Below, one piece after another: positions 1-9,542 of a stretch of DNA of 52,932 nucleotides. Where the stretch lies: the IMG/VR virus record IMGVR_UViG_3300020578_004316, positions 1 to 52,932 of that record. One strand, written 5' to 3'. Made by a program: the position numbers and the translations under genes. The DNA comes from a virus. Its lineage: Duplodnaviria; Caudoviricetes. Position 1 is the stretch's first letter, and each line of letters begins with the position of its first letter. The notes beneath the pieces are model-generated. The model was not told where the DNA came from. It did not search any database and saw only the letters and a program-made list of their open reading frames with translations.

Positions 1-8
1 TAGGATAA

Positions 9-95
9 CATACAGACAGATTCATAGCCTGTCGATTAAAAAATTTTAGGAGCTGTGGCCCAATCTTTGGATTGGGTCACTTTTTTTTGTATATT
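9..95 (+). repeat. Direct repeat copy 1 (87 bp): small hairpin, intrinsic terminator and embedded promoter
   Basis: Near-identical to 641..728, with one C/T substitution and one A indel. Contains hairpins GACAG..CTGTC and GTGGCCCAATC-TTTG-GATTGGGTCAC followed by T8. Confidence 0.95.
55..88 (+). terminator. Rho-independent terminator
   Basis: 11-bp stem GTGGCCCAATC/GATTGGGTCAC, TTTG loop, T8 tail. Confidence 0.85.
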
Positions 96-99
96 TATA
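91..99 (+). promoter_or_regulatory. ATATTTATA putative late-promoter motif (first of 14 perfect gene-upstream copies)
   Basis: The same 9-mer lies just upstream of starts at 3045, 8217, 16201, 16710, 18671, 22462, 25260, 25564, 27373, 29141, 32203, 33654 and 36092. Confidence 0.75.
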
Positions 100-109
100 A
101 TAAAATAAA

Positions 110-613
110 ATGACACAAGAACAACTTCGTATGCAAATGTTGGCTGGTATCATTACTGAAGACCAATATAAAGCTAAATTAAATGAAAATTATAATTTAG
201 ACAAAATACTAGATAAAATAGATAAAAAAGGTATAAAATCATTAGATAATAAAGAAAAGTATTTTTTAGATTCTTTTGAAAGAGAAAAAAATACCCCAAA
301 AAATATAAATAAAATAGAAGCTCAAGATGAAGGATTAGGTATATACATTCCTGATTTTGAAGGGTTTGATTATGAGGGAGAAATTAAAGGAGATAATGTA
401 TTATTTCGTTTTAATGAAGAAGTAGAAGAAGAAGATAGATATAGACCTTTCATATATGGTTTAATAGAATTAGATATTCCTTTTAAACTTGAACAAGACG
501 CTGATGAAATATATGATAAAGTTGGTGACTTGGAACTAGGTAGTAGAATAGATATGATTACTGTAAATATAAAATATTTTGATATAATAGATGATGAAGA
601 TGAAGATTATTAA
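110..613 (+). CDS. Acidic hypothetical protein, putative capsid-internal cargo
   Basis: N-terminal LRMQMLAGII matches the scaffold C-terminus LRMQKLAGII; late motif upstream. Confidence 0.7.
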   Translation: MTQEQLRMQMLAGIITEDQYKAKLNENYNLDKILDKIDKKGIKSLDNKEKYFLDSFEREKNTPKNINKIEAQDEGLGIYIPDFEGFDYEGEIKGDNVLFRFNEEVEEEDRYRPFIYGLIELDIPFKLEQDADEIYDKVGDLELGSRIDMITVNIKYFDIIDDEDEDY

Positions 614-640
614 ATGAATAAAGAGCCTTCACAAAATAAG

Positions 641-728
641 CATACAGACAGATTCATAGCCTGTTGATTAAAAAAATTTTAGGAGCTGTGGCCCAATCTT
701 TGGATTGGGTCACTTTTTTTTGTATATT
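641..728 (+). repeat. Direct repeat copy 2 (88 bp), terminator plus promoter
   Basis: Matches 9..95. TTTG at 699-702 and TATATTAA at 723-730 are separated by 20 nt. Confidence 0.95.
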
Positions 729-743
729 AAAGCAATAAAAGTT

Positions 744-1217
744 ATGAATATATTTTATATTAATGAAGATCCGATTATTGCTGCTAGGGAGTTAGCAGAT
801 GATCATATTAGAAAGATGCAAATTGAATGTGCTCAAATGTGTTGTGTTGCTCATTGGGTAAACGGTTCAACAGCACCATACAAACAATCACATACAAACC
901 ATCCTTCTACAAAATGGACAAGAGAATCTATACAACATTATAGATGGCTTGTAGCACATGGTTTAGAAATTTGTAACGAATTTGAAAAACGATATGGTAA
1001 AAAACATAAAACTCAAGATGTACTCGAATGGCTTCGAGACAATGAACCAAATTTACCTGACAATGGATTTATGGATCCCCCTCAGTGTATGCCTGATGAA
1101 TTTAAATTAGAGAATGCTATAGAAGCATATAAAAATTTTTACATTAACGATAAAGTAAAGATAAAACAATTAGATTGGAAAAAATTAAACAATAAACCAG
1201 AATGGATAAGCAAATAG
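744..1217 (+). CDS. Pyrimidine-dimer DNA glycosylase / endonuclease V (DenV)-family protein
   Basis: MNIF...D.H..KM..E.AQM and H.NHP..KW motifs. Start moved from TTG 705, which lies inside the terminator, to ATG 744. Confidence 0.7.
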   Translation: MNIFYINEDPIIAARELADDHIRKMQIECAQMCCVAHWVNGSTAPYKQSHTNHPSTKWTRESIQHYRWLVAHGLEICNEFEKRYGKKHKTQDVLEWLRDNEPNLPDNGFMDPPQCMPDEFKLENAIEAYKNFYINDKVKIKQLDWKKLNNKPEWISK

Positions 1218-2518
1218 TAATTGTAGGAGCTGGAGTAGCAGGCGTAAATGCTGCAACAAAATTAGTGGATAATGGATATCCTGGAAAATTAATTACCATA
1301 ATTGATATGGGTAAAGATCCATACAATCGTAAACCTGAAGAAGTAATGACTGGGTTTTTAGGTGCTGGAGGATGGAGCGATGGTAAATTAACTTACCATA
1401 CAGCAATTGGAGGCCAACTATCAAAATATTGTGGTGAAGAAAAAGCAATGGAATTAATGGATCAAGTTATTACCAACTTTAAACGTTTCCACCCTAAACC
1501 AGAAGAAGTACAATGCTCAAACCCAGAGGAAGAACCTGATTTTATTAAACCATATTTTGGTTTGCGATTGTTTCCTGTATGGCACGTAGGTACAGATTAT
1601 CTATCTGAAATTGCTAAAAATTGGTACGATTATTTAGTATCTAAAGGAGTTAAGTTTGTATGGGAACGAAAAGTAGAATGGATTAATTTTAATAATAGTA
1701 CTTTATTTTATAAAACATTAGATTCAATAAGTGGTTTAACTGTAGAGTATGATGAACTTATCTTTGCAGTAGGTAAATCAGGTATTGATTTTGCCCAAGA
1801 AATAGCAAACGAATATCAACTTCCAGATGAACCTAAATCAGTACAAATTGGAGTTCGATTTGAAGCACCACAAGAACACTTTCAAAAATTAATTGATATT
1901 TCATATGACTTTAAGTTATATAAAAAATTTGAAGATAAAGGAGTTTCATTACGTTCATTCTGTACAAATAATAATGCTGCTTATGTTGCTGTAGAAGAAA
2001 CATATGGAGATCATAGTTACAATGGTCATGCTAAAAAAGATGAGCGTTATCGAAATGATATGACCAATTTTGGTATTTTAATGGAGATTAATGGTATTAA
2101 GGATCCATTTACTTGGTCACGTAATGTAGTAAGTAAATTACAATCAAATGGTACTGGTTTATATTATAGCCCATCTCGCCAACCATCAACTACATCAGAA
2201 GGTAATAATGTAACTTCAACTCAAATTAGTTTAGATACACTTACTCATGTTGTAGAGCCGGTAATGGAAGGTTATTTTAGATATGTTATGGATTTTATCC
2301 AAGACATGAAAAAAGTATTCCCAACATTACAAGATGATTGGGGAATTTATATGCCTGAAGTAAAATATTTGTCACCTGAACCGTTAGTAAACTATAAAGA
2401 TCTTAGTTTAACAAAATACTCTAACGTACATTTCGTAGGTGATGCTTTAAGTGCAAGAGGCATTACAGTATCAGGTGCACAAGCAATTTATGTAGCAGAA
2501 AATTTATTAAAGTTATGA
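1202..2518 (+). CDS. FAD-dependent oxidoreductase (COG2509-like)
   Basis: Rossmann IVGAGVAG, GAGGWSDGKLT, C-terminal FVGD...RGI. Confidence 0.85.
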   Translation: MDKQIVIVGAGVAGVNAATKLVDNGYPGKLITIIDMGKDPYNRKPEEVMTGFLGAGGWSDGKLTYHTAIGGQLSKYCGEEKAMELMDQVITNFKRFHPKPEEVQCSNPEEEPDFIKPYFGLRLFPVWHVGTDYLSEIAKNWYDYLVSKGVKFVWERKVEWINFNNSTLFYKTLDSISGLTVEYDELIFAVGKSGIDFAQEIANEYQLPDEPKSVQIGVRFEAPQEHFQKLIDISYDFKLYKKFEDKGVSLRSFCTNNNAAYVAVEETYGDHSYNGHAKKDERYRNDMTNFGILMEINGIKDPFTWSRNVVSKLQSNGTGLYYSPSRQPSTTSEGNNVTSTQISLDTLTHVVEPVMEGYFRYVMDFIQDMKKVFPTLQDDWGIYMPEVKYLSPEPLVNYKDLSLTKYSNVHFVGDALSARGITVSGAQAIYVAENLLKL

Positions 2519-3045
2519 AAATAGGTCTTTGTGGAACAATTTCAGTTGGTAAAACAACATTAGTTAATGCATTAAAAGAATTACCTGAATTTGCTGGATA
2601 TGAATTTAAAACAGAACGTTCAAAGTATTTACGTGATTTAGGTATTCCGTTAAACACGGATTCAACATTAAAAGGTCAAATAGTGTTTATGGCTGAACGC
2701 GCAAGTGAACTTATGTTAAATAACATGATAACAGATAGAACTGTAATTGATGTTATGGCATTTACACGTTTAGCTAAATCAATAGCATACTTTGTAGCAG
2801 ATGATTTTAACGATGCTGTATCGCATTTACTTCGTGAATATGATTACATATTTTATGTTTCACCTGAAGGTGTAGAACTTGAAGACAATGGAGTACGTGT
2901 CGTAGATGCTGAATATAGAAAAAAAATAGATGAAGAAATACAACAACTTATTATAAGACATAAAAATAAATTTAAAAACTATGCTGAATTATCGGGTAGT
3001 ACTGAGGAAAGAATACAGAAATTGAAACAAGTAATAGGTTTCTAA
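2515..3045 (+). CDS. P-loop nucleotide kinase-like ATPase (AAA_28/NadR-type)
   Basis: Walker A GTISVGKTT, DR motif (ITDRTVID), ED.GVR lid. Confidence 0.75.
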   Translation: MKIGLCGTISVGKTTLVNALKELPEFAGYEFKTERSKYLRDLGIPLNTDSTLKGQIVFMAERASELMLNNMITDRTVIDVMAFTRLAKSIAYFVADDFNDAVSHLLREYDYIFYVSPEGVELEDNGVRVVDAEYRKKIDEEIQQLIIRHKNKFKNYAELSGSTEERIQKLKQVIGF

Positions 3046-3066
3046 TATTTATAAATAAAATTAAAT

Positions 3067-3981
3067 ATGAAAAAATCTCGTTTACTTGAAATTATACGTG
3101 AAGAAATTAACGAAGCCTTTTATAGATTAAAAAATCCTGCAGACGAAAAAAAAGGATTTGAACCCCAAATCAACGTTTCAGGAATGCCTGAACCTGAAAT
3201 TTTATCTAAATATAAAAAATTAGCTGAAGAGGAACTTGAAGAAGAACAATTAGATGAAATGGCATATAATATTGTTCTTTCTAACCCAGAAAAATTAGCA
3301 AAATTAAAAGATGAAATTAAAGATTCAACTAAAGAAGGAAAAAAATTACTTTATAAAATAATAGATATTATCCAAAGAGATAAAAAAGAAAATAAACCCA
3401 TTCGTCAAAGAGATATTGCTAATGAGTTAGGCATTATTCAACAAAAGGTTAACCCATTAATTAATTATTTAATTGATTATGGTATCCTAGATAAAGGTGA
3501 ATCTGTAACTGGAGTAACCAAGAAAAAAGTAACAGATAAACCCCAAGGAAGACCTTCCAATCCAGATAAACCAGAAAAAGCACCTTCAACAGGGCAACGA
3601 GGCAGAAAACCAGGAACCAAAACAGCTACTCGCACACCAGGAAATGATGGATTTGATGATGTATCATATTCAGACGAAGAAGTAGAAGACACCTACTATA
3701 AAGATGAAGATGAATTTACATCACCTAGTGAAGAAGGTCCTTCATCTGCAGAAATTAAAGGTGATAAAACCGCAAAAGAATTAGCTCAAGCATCCCCAGC
3801 AAGTAAAGATGAAAACTTTGATCGTATCCGTACAGGATTAATGAATAAAGTTAAAAAAGCTAAAGGTGAATTAAGTGCTGAAGATAAAAAATTAGCTATT
3901 CAAATTATTAACTCTGCTAAAGAAAAATATAAGTTTAATGCTGTTCAAGTAGATGCTTTAAGAGCAGTTGCAGGTTTATAA
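3067..3981 (+). CDS. Putative capsid-internal protein with winged-HTH-like segment
   Basis: MKKSRLLEIIREEINEA leader, IRQRDIANELGIIQQKVNPLINYL HTH-like helices, GRP/GRK basic motifs. Confidence 0.55.
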   Translation: MKKSRLLEIIREEINEAFYRLKNPADEKKGFEPQINVSGMPEPEILSKYKKLAEEELEEEQLDEMAYNIVLSNPEKLAKLKDEIKDSTKEGKKLLYKIIDIIQRDKKENKPIRQRDIANELGIIQQKVNPLINYLIDYGILDKGESVTGVTKKKVTDKPQGRPSNPDKPEKAPSTGQRGRKPGTKTATRTPGNDGFDDVSYSDEEVEDTYYKDEDEFTSPSEEGPSSAEIKGDKTAKELAQASPASKDENFDRIRTGLMNKVKKAKGELSAEDKKLAIQIINSAKEKYKFNAVQVDALRAVAGL

Positions 3982-3982
3982 G

Positions 3983-4345
3983 ATGATAAAAGATAAAACA
4001 TTCCAATTAAAGTTATCCCATCTAATTATAGGTGGGATACTTTTACTATTGTTGTTATTTTTAATTTATGTAAAAGTTAAACCTACCCAAATAAACACAT
4101 ATGACAAAGAAAAAAGGGAGATAGATAGCTTAAGAATTGAAATTAACAAATACAAAAAATTAAATGATACTTTAAACTATCAAATAATTAAACAAACTAA
4201 AGTTATAGATTCATTAAATAATGAAATTAAAATTACGGAAAAAGAATTAATTAAAACACGTTTGTATTATGATAAGAAAATTAAAGATCTTACTAGTTCT
4301 TCTCCTACTGAACTCAACGACTTTTTCTCAAAAAGATACAAGTAG
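3983..4345 (+). CDS. Membrane-anchored coiled-coil protein (i-spanin-like)
   Basis: N-terminal hydrophobic helix IIGGILLLLLLFLIYV followed by coiled coil; likely ATG at 3983. Confidence 0.5.
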   Translation: MIKDKTFQLKLSHLIIGGILLLLLLFLIYVKVKPTQINTYDKEKREIDSLRIEINKYKKLNDTLNYQIIKQTKVIDSLNNEIKITEKELIKTRLYYDKKIKDLTSSSPTELNDFFSKRYK

Positions 4346-4697
4346 AATTTGTTTTTCATACGATAAAGCAAGACGTATTGCTATTGACTTAGTTAGAGGT
4401 GATTCGGCTATGGCTGAACTTAAAATAGCAAATAAATTAGTTTATCAACTTAACGAAAAAATTGATTCTCAAGATAGTATCATCGTTTTATATACTGAAA
4501 AAGAAAAATCACATCAAAAACAGATAGCTGATTATGAAAAAACGATTGAAAAAAAAGATAAAATAATCACTGGACTTGAAAAAGACGTTAATGATTTAAC
4601 CCGTAAAAACACCAATCTTAAATCAGGACTTAAGTGGTTAGGCGGAGGATTCGTGGCTTCCTTACTTACTATTGTTACCTTTATAGTAGTTAAATAA
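4269..4697 (+). CDS. Exported coiled-coil protein with C-terminal TM (spanin-partner-like)
   Basis: Signal peptide-like N-terminus, coiled coil, C-terminal hydrophobic helix; overlaps the previous gene by 77 nt. Confidence 0.5.
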   Translation: MIRKLKILLVLLLLNSTTFSQKDTSRICFSYDKARRIAIDLVRGDSAMAELKIANKLVYQLNEKIDSQDSIIVLYTEKEKSHQKQIADYEKTIEKKDKIITGLEKDVNDLTRKNTNLKSGLKWLGGGFVASLLTIVTFIVVK

Positions 4698-6298
4698 TGG
4701 AAGAAAAAAGTTTAAAACAGGTAGTCCGAGAGGAATATATAAAATGCGCCCAATCACCAGCGTATTTTATGAAAAAATACTGTTACATCCAACATCCACA
4801 ACGTGGACGAATTCAATTTAACCTTTATCCATTCCAAGAAAAAGTACTTACTTTATTCCAAGAGAATCCATATTCAATAGTACTTAAATCCCGCCAGTTA
4901 GGTATTTCAACATTATCCGCAGGTTACTCATTGTGGTTAATGTTATTTCATGAAGATAAAAACGTATTATGTATTGCAACTAAACAGGAAACCGCTAAAA
5001 ACATGGTTACCAAAGTTAGATTTATGTACGAAAGTTTACCTTCGTGGCTTAAATTTGCAAACAAACCTGACGAAGCAAACAAATTAACACTTCGATTACC
5101 AAATGGATCTCAAATCAAAGCAATAGGTGCCTCAAGTGATGCAGGTCGATCAGAAGCCGTTTCTTTGTTGATTATAGATGAGGCTGCCTTCATTCACAAT
5201 ATTGGTGAGATATGGGCCTCAGCTCAACAAACCTTAGCTACTGGTGGAGGTTGTATTGCATTATCTACACCTTATGGTACAGGTAACTGGTTCCATAAAA
5301 CATGGGTTGCTGCAGAAATGGGTGATAATAGTTTTTTACCTATTAGATTACCTTGGCAAGTACATCCTGAACGAGATCAATCATGGAGAGATCAACAAGA
5401 TGCTGATTTAGGTATCCGAATGGCAGCACAAGAATGTGACTGTGACTTTACAACATCTGGTGACACTGTATTTACACCAGAAGATATTACTTTTTACGAA
5501 CAATTTCACGTGAAAGAACCTCTTGAAAAACGTGGAGTTGACCAAAACCTATGGATTTGGGAACCAGCCGACTATTCTAGGAACTATTTGATCGTAGCTG
5601 ATGTAGCACGTGGTGATGGTAAGGATTTTTCAGGGTTTCACATCTTTGATGTTGAAACATTCACTCAGGTAGGTGAATATAAGGGTCAAATCAATACAAA
5701 GGATTATGGACACTTGTTAACTAGCATTGCAACGGAATATAACAATGCTTTACTTGCAGTCGAAAATCAAAGTGTAGGATGGTCAACAGTACAAACGATT
5801 TTAGATAGAGGTTATCAAAACTTTTATTATTCACCAAAAGGTGGAACAAACAATGTAGATAATTTCTTTGATCCTTATATGGATCACAGTAAAATGACAC
5901 CTGGTTTTACCATGTCAAATACAACTCGTCCAATAGCAATTGGTAAATTTCAAGAAGCTATTATAGATAAAGCAGTTGTTTTCCATTCTGTGCGCCTATT
6001 AGAGGAAATGAAAGTATTTATATGGAGAAACGGTAGAGCAGAAGCTCAAGGAGGATACAATGACGACTTGATTATGGCATTTTCTATTGGGTGTTATTTA
6101 CGTGAAACCGCTTTTAAACTTAGAACAAATAGTATGGAAATGACTAAAAGTATGTTGAATAGTATAGGAAATTCTCGTACATCATATGCTGGAGGTTATT
6201 CCAATGGGCCAAATTATGCTGATAAGTATAACAATAACCCATTTAAAATAGACAACCCTTACTCAAATGGTCAAGAAGATATTTCTTGGCTTTTATAA
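4697..6298 (+). CDS. terL: Terminase large subunit (gp17-like)
   Basis: LYPFQ, SRQLGIST Walker A variant, LLIIDEAAF Walker B, STPYG, nuclease ADVARG and DDL.MA. Confidence 0.95.
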   Translation: MEEKSLKQVVREEYIKCAQSPAYFMKKYCYIQHPQRGRIQFNLYPFQEKVLTLFQENPYSIVLKSRQLGISTLSAGYSLWLMLFHEDKNVLCIATKQETAKNMVTKVRFMYESLPSWLKFANKPDEANKLTLRLPNGSQIKAIGASSDAGRSEAVSLLIIDEAAFIHNIGEIWASAQQTLATGGGCIALSTPYGTGNWFHKTWVAAEMGDNSFLPIRLPWQVHPERDQSWRDQQDADLGIRMAAQECDCDFTTSGDTVFTPEDITFYEQFHVKEPLEKRGVDQNLWIWEPADYSRNYLIVADVARGDGKDFSGFHIFDVETFTQVGEYKGQINTKDYGHLLTSIATEYNNALLAVENQSVGWSTVQTILDRGYQNFYYSPKGGTNNVDNFFDPYMDHSKMTPGFTMSNTTRPIAIGKFQEAIIDKAVVFHSVRLLEEMKVFIWRNGRAEAQGGYNDDLIMAFSIGCYLRETAFKLRTNSMEMTKSMLNSIGNSRTSYAGGYSNGPNYADKYNNNPFKIDNPYSNGQEDISWLL

Positions 6299-6306
6299 AA
6301 TAAAAC

Positions 6307-8205
6307 ATGGCAGATACAGGATTATTTAGTAGATTAAGACGATTATTTTCAACAGACGTTATCATCCAAAACGATGGAGATAACCAATTAAAAGTATTCG
6401 ATACCAATAAAATACAAGTTTCAGGTGAATATGAAACAAATGCACTTGTAGACCGATTTAACCGAATTTATACTAACTCACATACATCAATTTATGGATA
6501 CCAAAGTAGTTTCAACTATCAAACTTTACGCCCTACGCTTTATTCTGAATATGATTCAATGGATACAGATGCTATTATTGCCTCTGCTTTAGATATTATA
6601 TCCGATGAAAGTACTTTACGCAATGATATGGGTGAAGTATTACAAATTCGTAGTTCGGATGAAGACGTACAAAAAATTCTATACAATTTGTTTTACGATA
6701 TATTAAATATAGAATTTAATTTATGGCCTTGGATTCGTAATATGTTGAAATATGGTGATTTTTTCTTAAAACTAGAAATTGCTGAAAAATTCGGTGTATA
6801 TAACGTAATTCCTTATAATGCATTCCATATTGAAAGACAAGATGGATATGATAAAGAACACCCAAATTCAGTACGTTTTAGATTTGATCCTGACGGTATT
6901 TCATCTCCTTCAAATTATGGTTACTATAATGTACCAAATGCCGGGAATCAAGCAAATGCTATTTTCTTTGACAATTATGAAATGGCTCATTTCCGTTTAT
7001 TAACGGATACTAACTTTTTACCTTATGGTAGATCGTATTTAGAGCCTGCTCGTAAATTGTTTAAACAATACACTATGATGGAAGATGCGATGTTAATCCA
7101 TCGTATTGTTCGTGCGCCTGAAAAACGTATATTCTATATCAATGTTGGAAATATTGCACCTGCTGAAGTGGAAAACTTTATGCAGAAAACAATCTCTAAA
7201 ATGAAACGCACTCCATATATTGATCAACAAACAGGTGATTATAACTTAAAGTATAATATGCAAAACCTACTTGAAGATTTTTATATTCCGATAAGAGGTA
7301 ATGATGCTTCAACCAAAATTGATAATTTAGCAGGTTTACAATGGCAAGGTATTGAAGACGTTACTTACCTAAGAGATAAATTATTTGCTGCCCTTAAGGT
7401 TCCTAAAGCGTTTATGGGGTATGAAAAAGATTTAACAGGTAAAGCTACGTTAGCTGCTGAAGATATTCGTTTTGCACGTACAATTGAACGCATCCAGCGC
7501 ATTGTAGTATCTGAATTGACTAAAATTGCTTTAGTTCACTTATACACTCAAGAATACCGTGATGAAAGTATGACAAACTTTGAGCTATCATTAACTACTC
7601 CATCAATTATCTACGATCAAGAAAGAGTAGCTTTAATGAGAGAAAAAGTTGATTTAGCTAACCAAATGATGGAAAACAAAATTCTTCCTACTGATTGGAT
7701 TTATGAAAATTTATTCCACTTAAGTGAAGATCAATATGACGAATATAGAGACTTAATTATCCAAGATGCTAAACGTAAATTCCGTCTTGCTCAAATTGAA
7801 AATGAAGGAAATGACCCACTTGAAACTGGTAAATCATATGGTACGCCGCATGATTTAGCTTCTTTATATGGTAGAGGAAGATATGAAGATAACAGCGTAC
7901 CTGTTGGATATGATGAAGAAAAAGATTTAGGTCGTCCTTCTGAAAAAGTAACTGATAAAAATACTCAAGACAATGCATTTGGAAAAGATAGAATTGGTAC
8001 TGATGGTGTTAAAAAGGATGGAGATGAATCAGATTCAATCAAACCTCAATATAAAGGTGGAAGTCCATTAGCACTTGAAACTAAAAATAAAAGAAATCGT
8101 AATGCTAGAATGTTTAACGATATAAAAAACCAAAGCAAACAAATAATCTTCGAATCAGATATTAGAGGAAACTCGCTATTAGATGAATCACAAATACGAG
8201 AGTAA
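6307..8205 (+). CDS. Portal protein (gp20-like)
   Basis: MEDAMLIHRIVRAPEKRIFYINVGN, LEDFYIP, LFAALKVP, EDIRFARTIER motifs of T4-type portals. Confidence 0.95.
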   Translation: MADTGLFSRLRRLFSTDVIIQNDGDNQLKVFDTNKIQVSGEYETNALVDRFNRIYTNSHTSIYGYQSSFNYQTLRPTLYSEYDSMDTDAIIASALDIISDESTLRNDMGEVLQIRSSDEDVQKILYNLFYDILNIEFNLWPWIRNMLKYGDFFLKLEIAEKFGVYNVIPYNAFHIERQDGYDKEHPNSVRFRFDPDGISSPSNYGYYNVPNAGNQANAIFFDNYEMAHFRLLTDTNFLPYGRSYLEPARKLFKQYTMMEDAMLIHRIVRAPEKRIFYINVGNIAPAEVENFMQKTISKMKRTPYIDQQTGDYNLKYNMQNLLEDFYIPIRGNDASTKIDNLAGLQWQGIEDVTYLRDKLFAALKVPKAFMGYEKDLTGKATLAAEDIRFARTIERIQRIVVSELTKIALVHLYTQEYRDESMTNFELSLTTPSIIYDQERVALMREKVDLANQMMENKILPTDWIYENLFHLSEDQYDEYRDLIIQDAKRKFRLAQIENEGNDPLETGKSYGTPHDLASLYGRGRYEDNSVPVGYDEEKDLGRPSEKVTDKNTQDNAFGKDRIGTDGVKKDGDESDSIKPQYKGGSPLALETKNKRNRNARMFNDIKNQSKQIIFESDIRGNSLLDESQIRE

Positions 8206-8242
8206 AAAAATTCCACATATTTATAAATAAAATAATATTAGA

Positions 8243-9100
8243 ATGCAAATCAAACATTCAAAGTATAAAAATACTGGTATCCTTTTTGAACTTTTAGTTC
8301 GCCAAATCACTACTGATACATTAGATGGTAAGGATTCACTAGCAAAAGATATACTTAAAAAATATTTCGTTAAGTCGGAATTAGGTCGTGAGTATAAGTT
8401 GTATGAAACTTTATTAAAAAAGACGTCCTTAACTGAAGGGAGAGCTAATGTTGTAGTTAGCACATTAATTGACTCATCTAAAGCATTGAATAGAGGAGCT
8501 ATTAAACGTCAAAAATATAATTTGATCAGTGAAATTCAGAAACACTACAACATCAACGAGTTTTTTAACCACAAGCTCCCTAATTATAAAATATATGCTG
8601 CTTTCTATACATTGCTAGAAATTACTAACACCCCAGAAGCAGTAGATCCCGAACAAACTATCAACAATAAAGTAACTATTTTAGAGCATTTAACTGCAGC
8701 TAAAATTACTGAAGGTAAAGTTCGTGATGAAGTAATGTCTGAATTTGAAAAAGCTGATAAAGATGTACGTTTGTTAGCTTACAAAATGGTATTAGAAAAC
8801 TTTAACGAAAAATACGATACATTACACCCAAAACAAAAATCGATATTAAAAGAGTATATTACCTCTATTGACAATACACCTCGTTTAAGGGAATTTTATA
8901 CCAATAAGGTAACAGAAATTAAGAGTGAATTGGCTACGTTAAATAAGAAAACAAAAAACCCAACCACTAAAATTAAAATTGACGAAATCATCACAGTTAT
9001 TAACCCCCCAGCTAAAAACGCTAAAATAACTGACAACGATTTAGTTGACTTGTTACAGTACTATGACTTAATCAACGAATTAGAAACTGTAAATGGATAA
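8243..9100 (+). CDS. Head-module hypothetical protein
   Basis: Long ORF between portal and protease with late motif upstream. Confidence 0.6.
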   Translation: MQIKHSKYKNTGILFELLVRQITTDTLDGKDSLAKDILKKYFVKSELGREYKLYETLLKKTSLTEGRANVVVSTLIDSSKALNRGAIKRQKYNLISEIQKHYNINEFFNHKLPNYKIYAAFYTLLEITNTPEAVDPEQTINNKVTILEHLTAAKITEGKVRDEVMSEFEKADKDVRLLAYKMVLENFNEKYDTLHPKQKSILKEYITSIDNTPRLREFYTNKVTEIKSELATLNKKTKNPTTKIKIDEIITVINPPAKNAKITDNDLVDLLQYYDLINELETVNG

Positions 9101-9542
9101 TATTAAAGAAATAATTCGTAAAAAACTCAAAGAAATGAGTGCTACTAATGTTGGTGGCGCTACAGTTACTCCTGGGGAAGGTACAGGAGTAGCTACTAAA
9201 CCAGCATTTAATAAAGATAAAAATGCTAAAGGAGCTAAAAATATTTCTTACTATAAACTAGGATTCAAACTAGCTCCAGATATTAAGCCAAAGTCATACG
9301 ACAAGAAAAAACTTTTTGAAGATGATGTGTTAAACGAAATGAACGATGTTCAAAAAATGCGTATAGCTTCATTAGATGAAATAGAAAAATTGATGAACGA
9401 GATTCAACCACTAGTTTCAAACGCTAAAAATGAAACAATTGAACTATATGGTGGAAATGCTGGTTCATATGATATAAATAAACCAATCGAAATAGTTAAA
9501 AGCTATTTAAAAGACATAAAACAACTTTTATCAGAAAAATAA
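9093..9542 (+). CDS. Putative prohead core / internal protein
   Basis: IKEIIRKKLKEM leader, (L/I)xE sites, position in head module. Confidence 0.5.
   Translation: MDNIKEIIRKKLKEMSATNVGGATVTPGEGTGVATKPAFNKDKNAKGAKNISYYKLGFKLAPDIKPKSYDKKKLFEDDVLNEMNDVQKMRIASLDEIEKLMNEIQPLVSNAKNETIELYGGNAGSYDINKPIEIVKSYLKDIKQLLSEK

Noticed and set aside
9-728. Direct repeat as a CRISPR array, tRNA or IS/att site
   Set aside because: Only two copies, separated by a whole gene; no cloverleaf; no cas, transposase or integrase gene in the window.
705-743. TTG start at 705 for the DenV-like gene
   Set aside because: It lies within the terminator/promoter repeat; the family-typical MNIF start is at 744.
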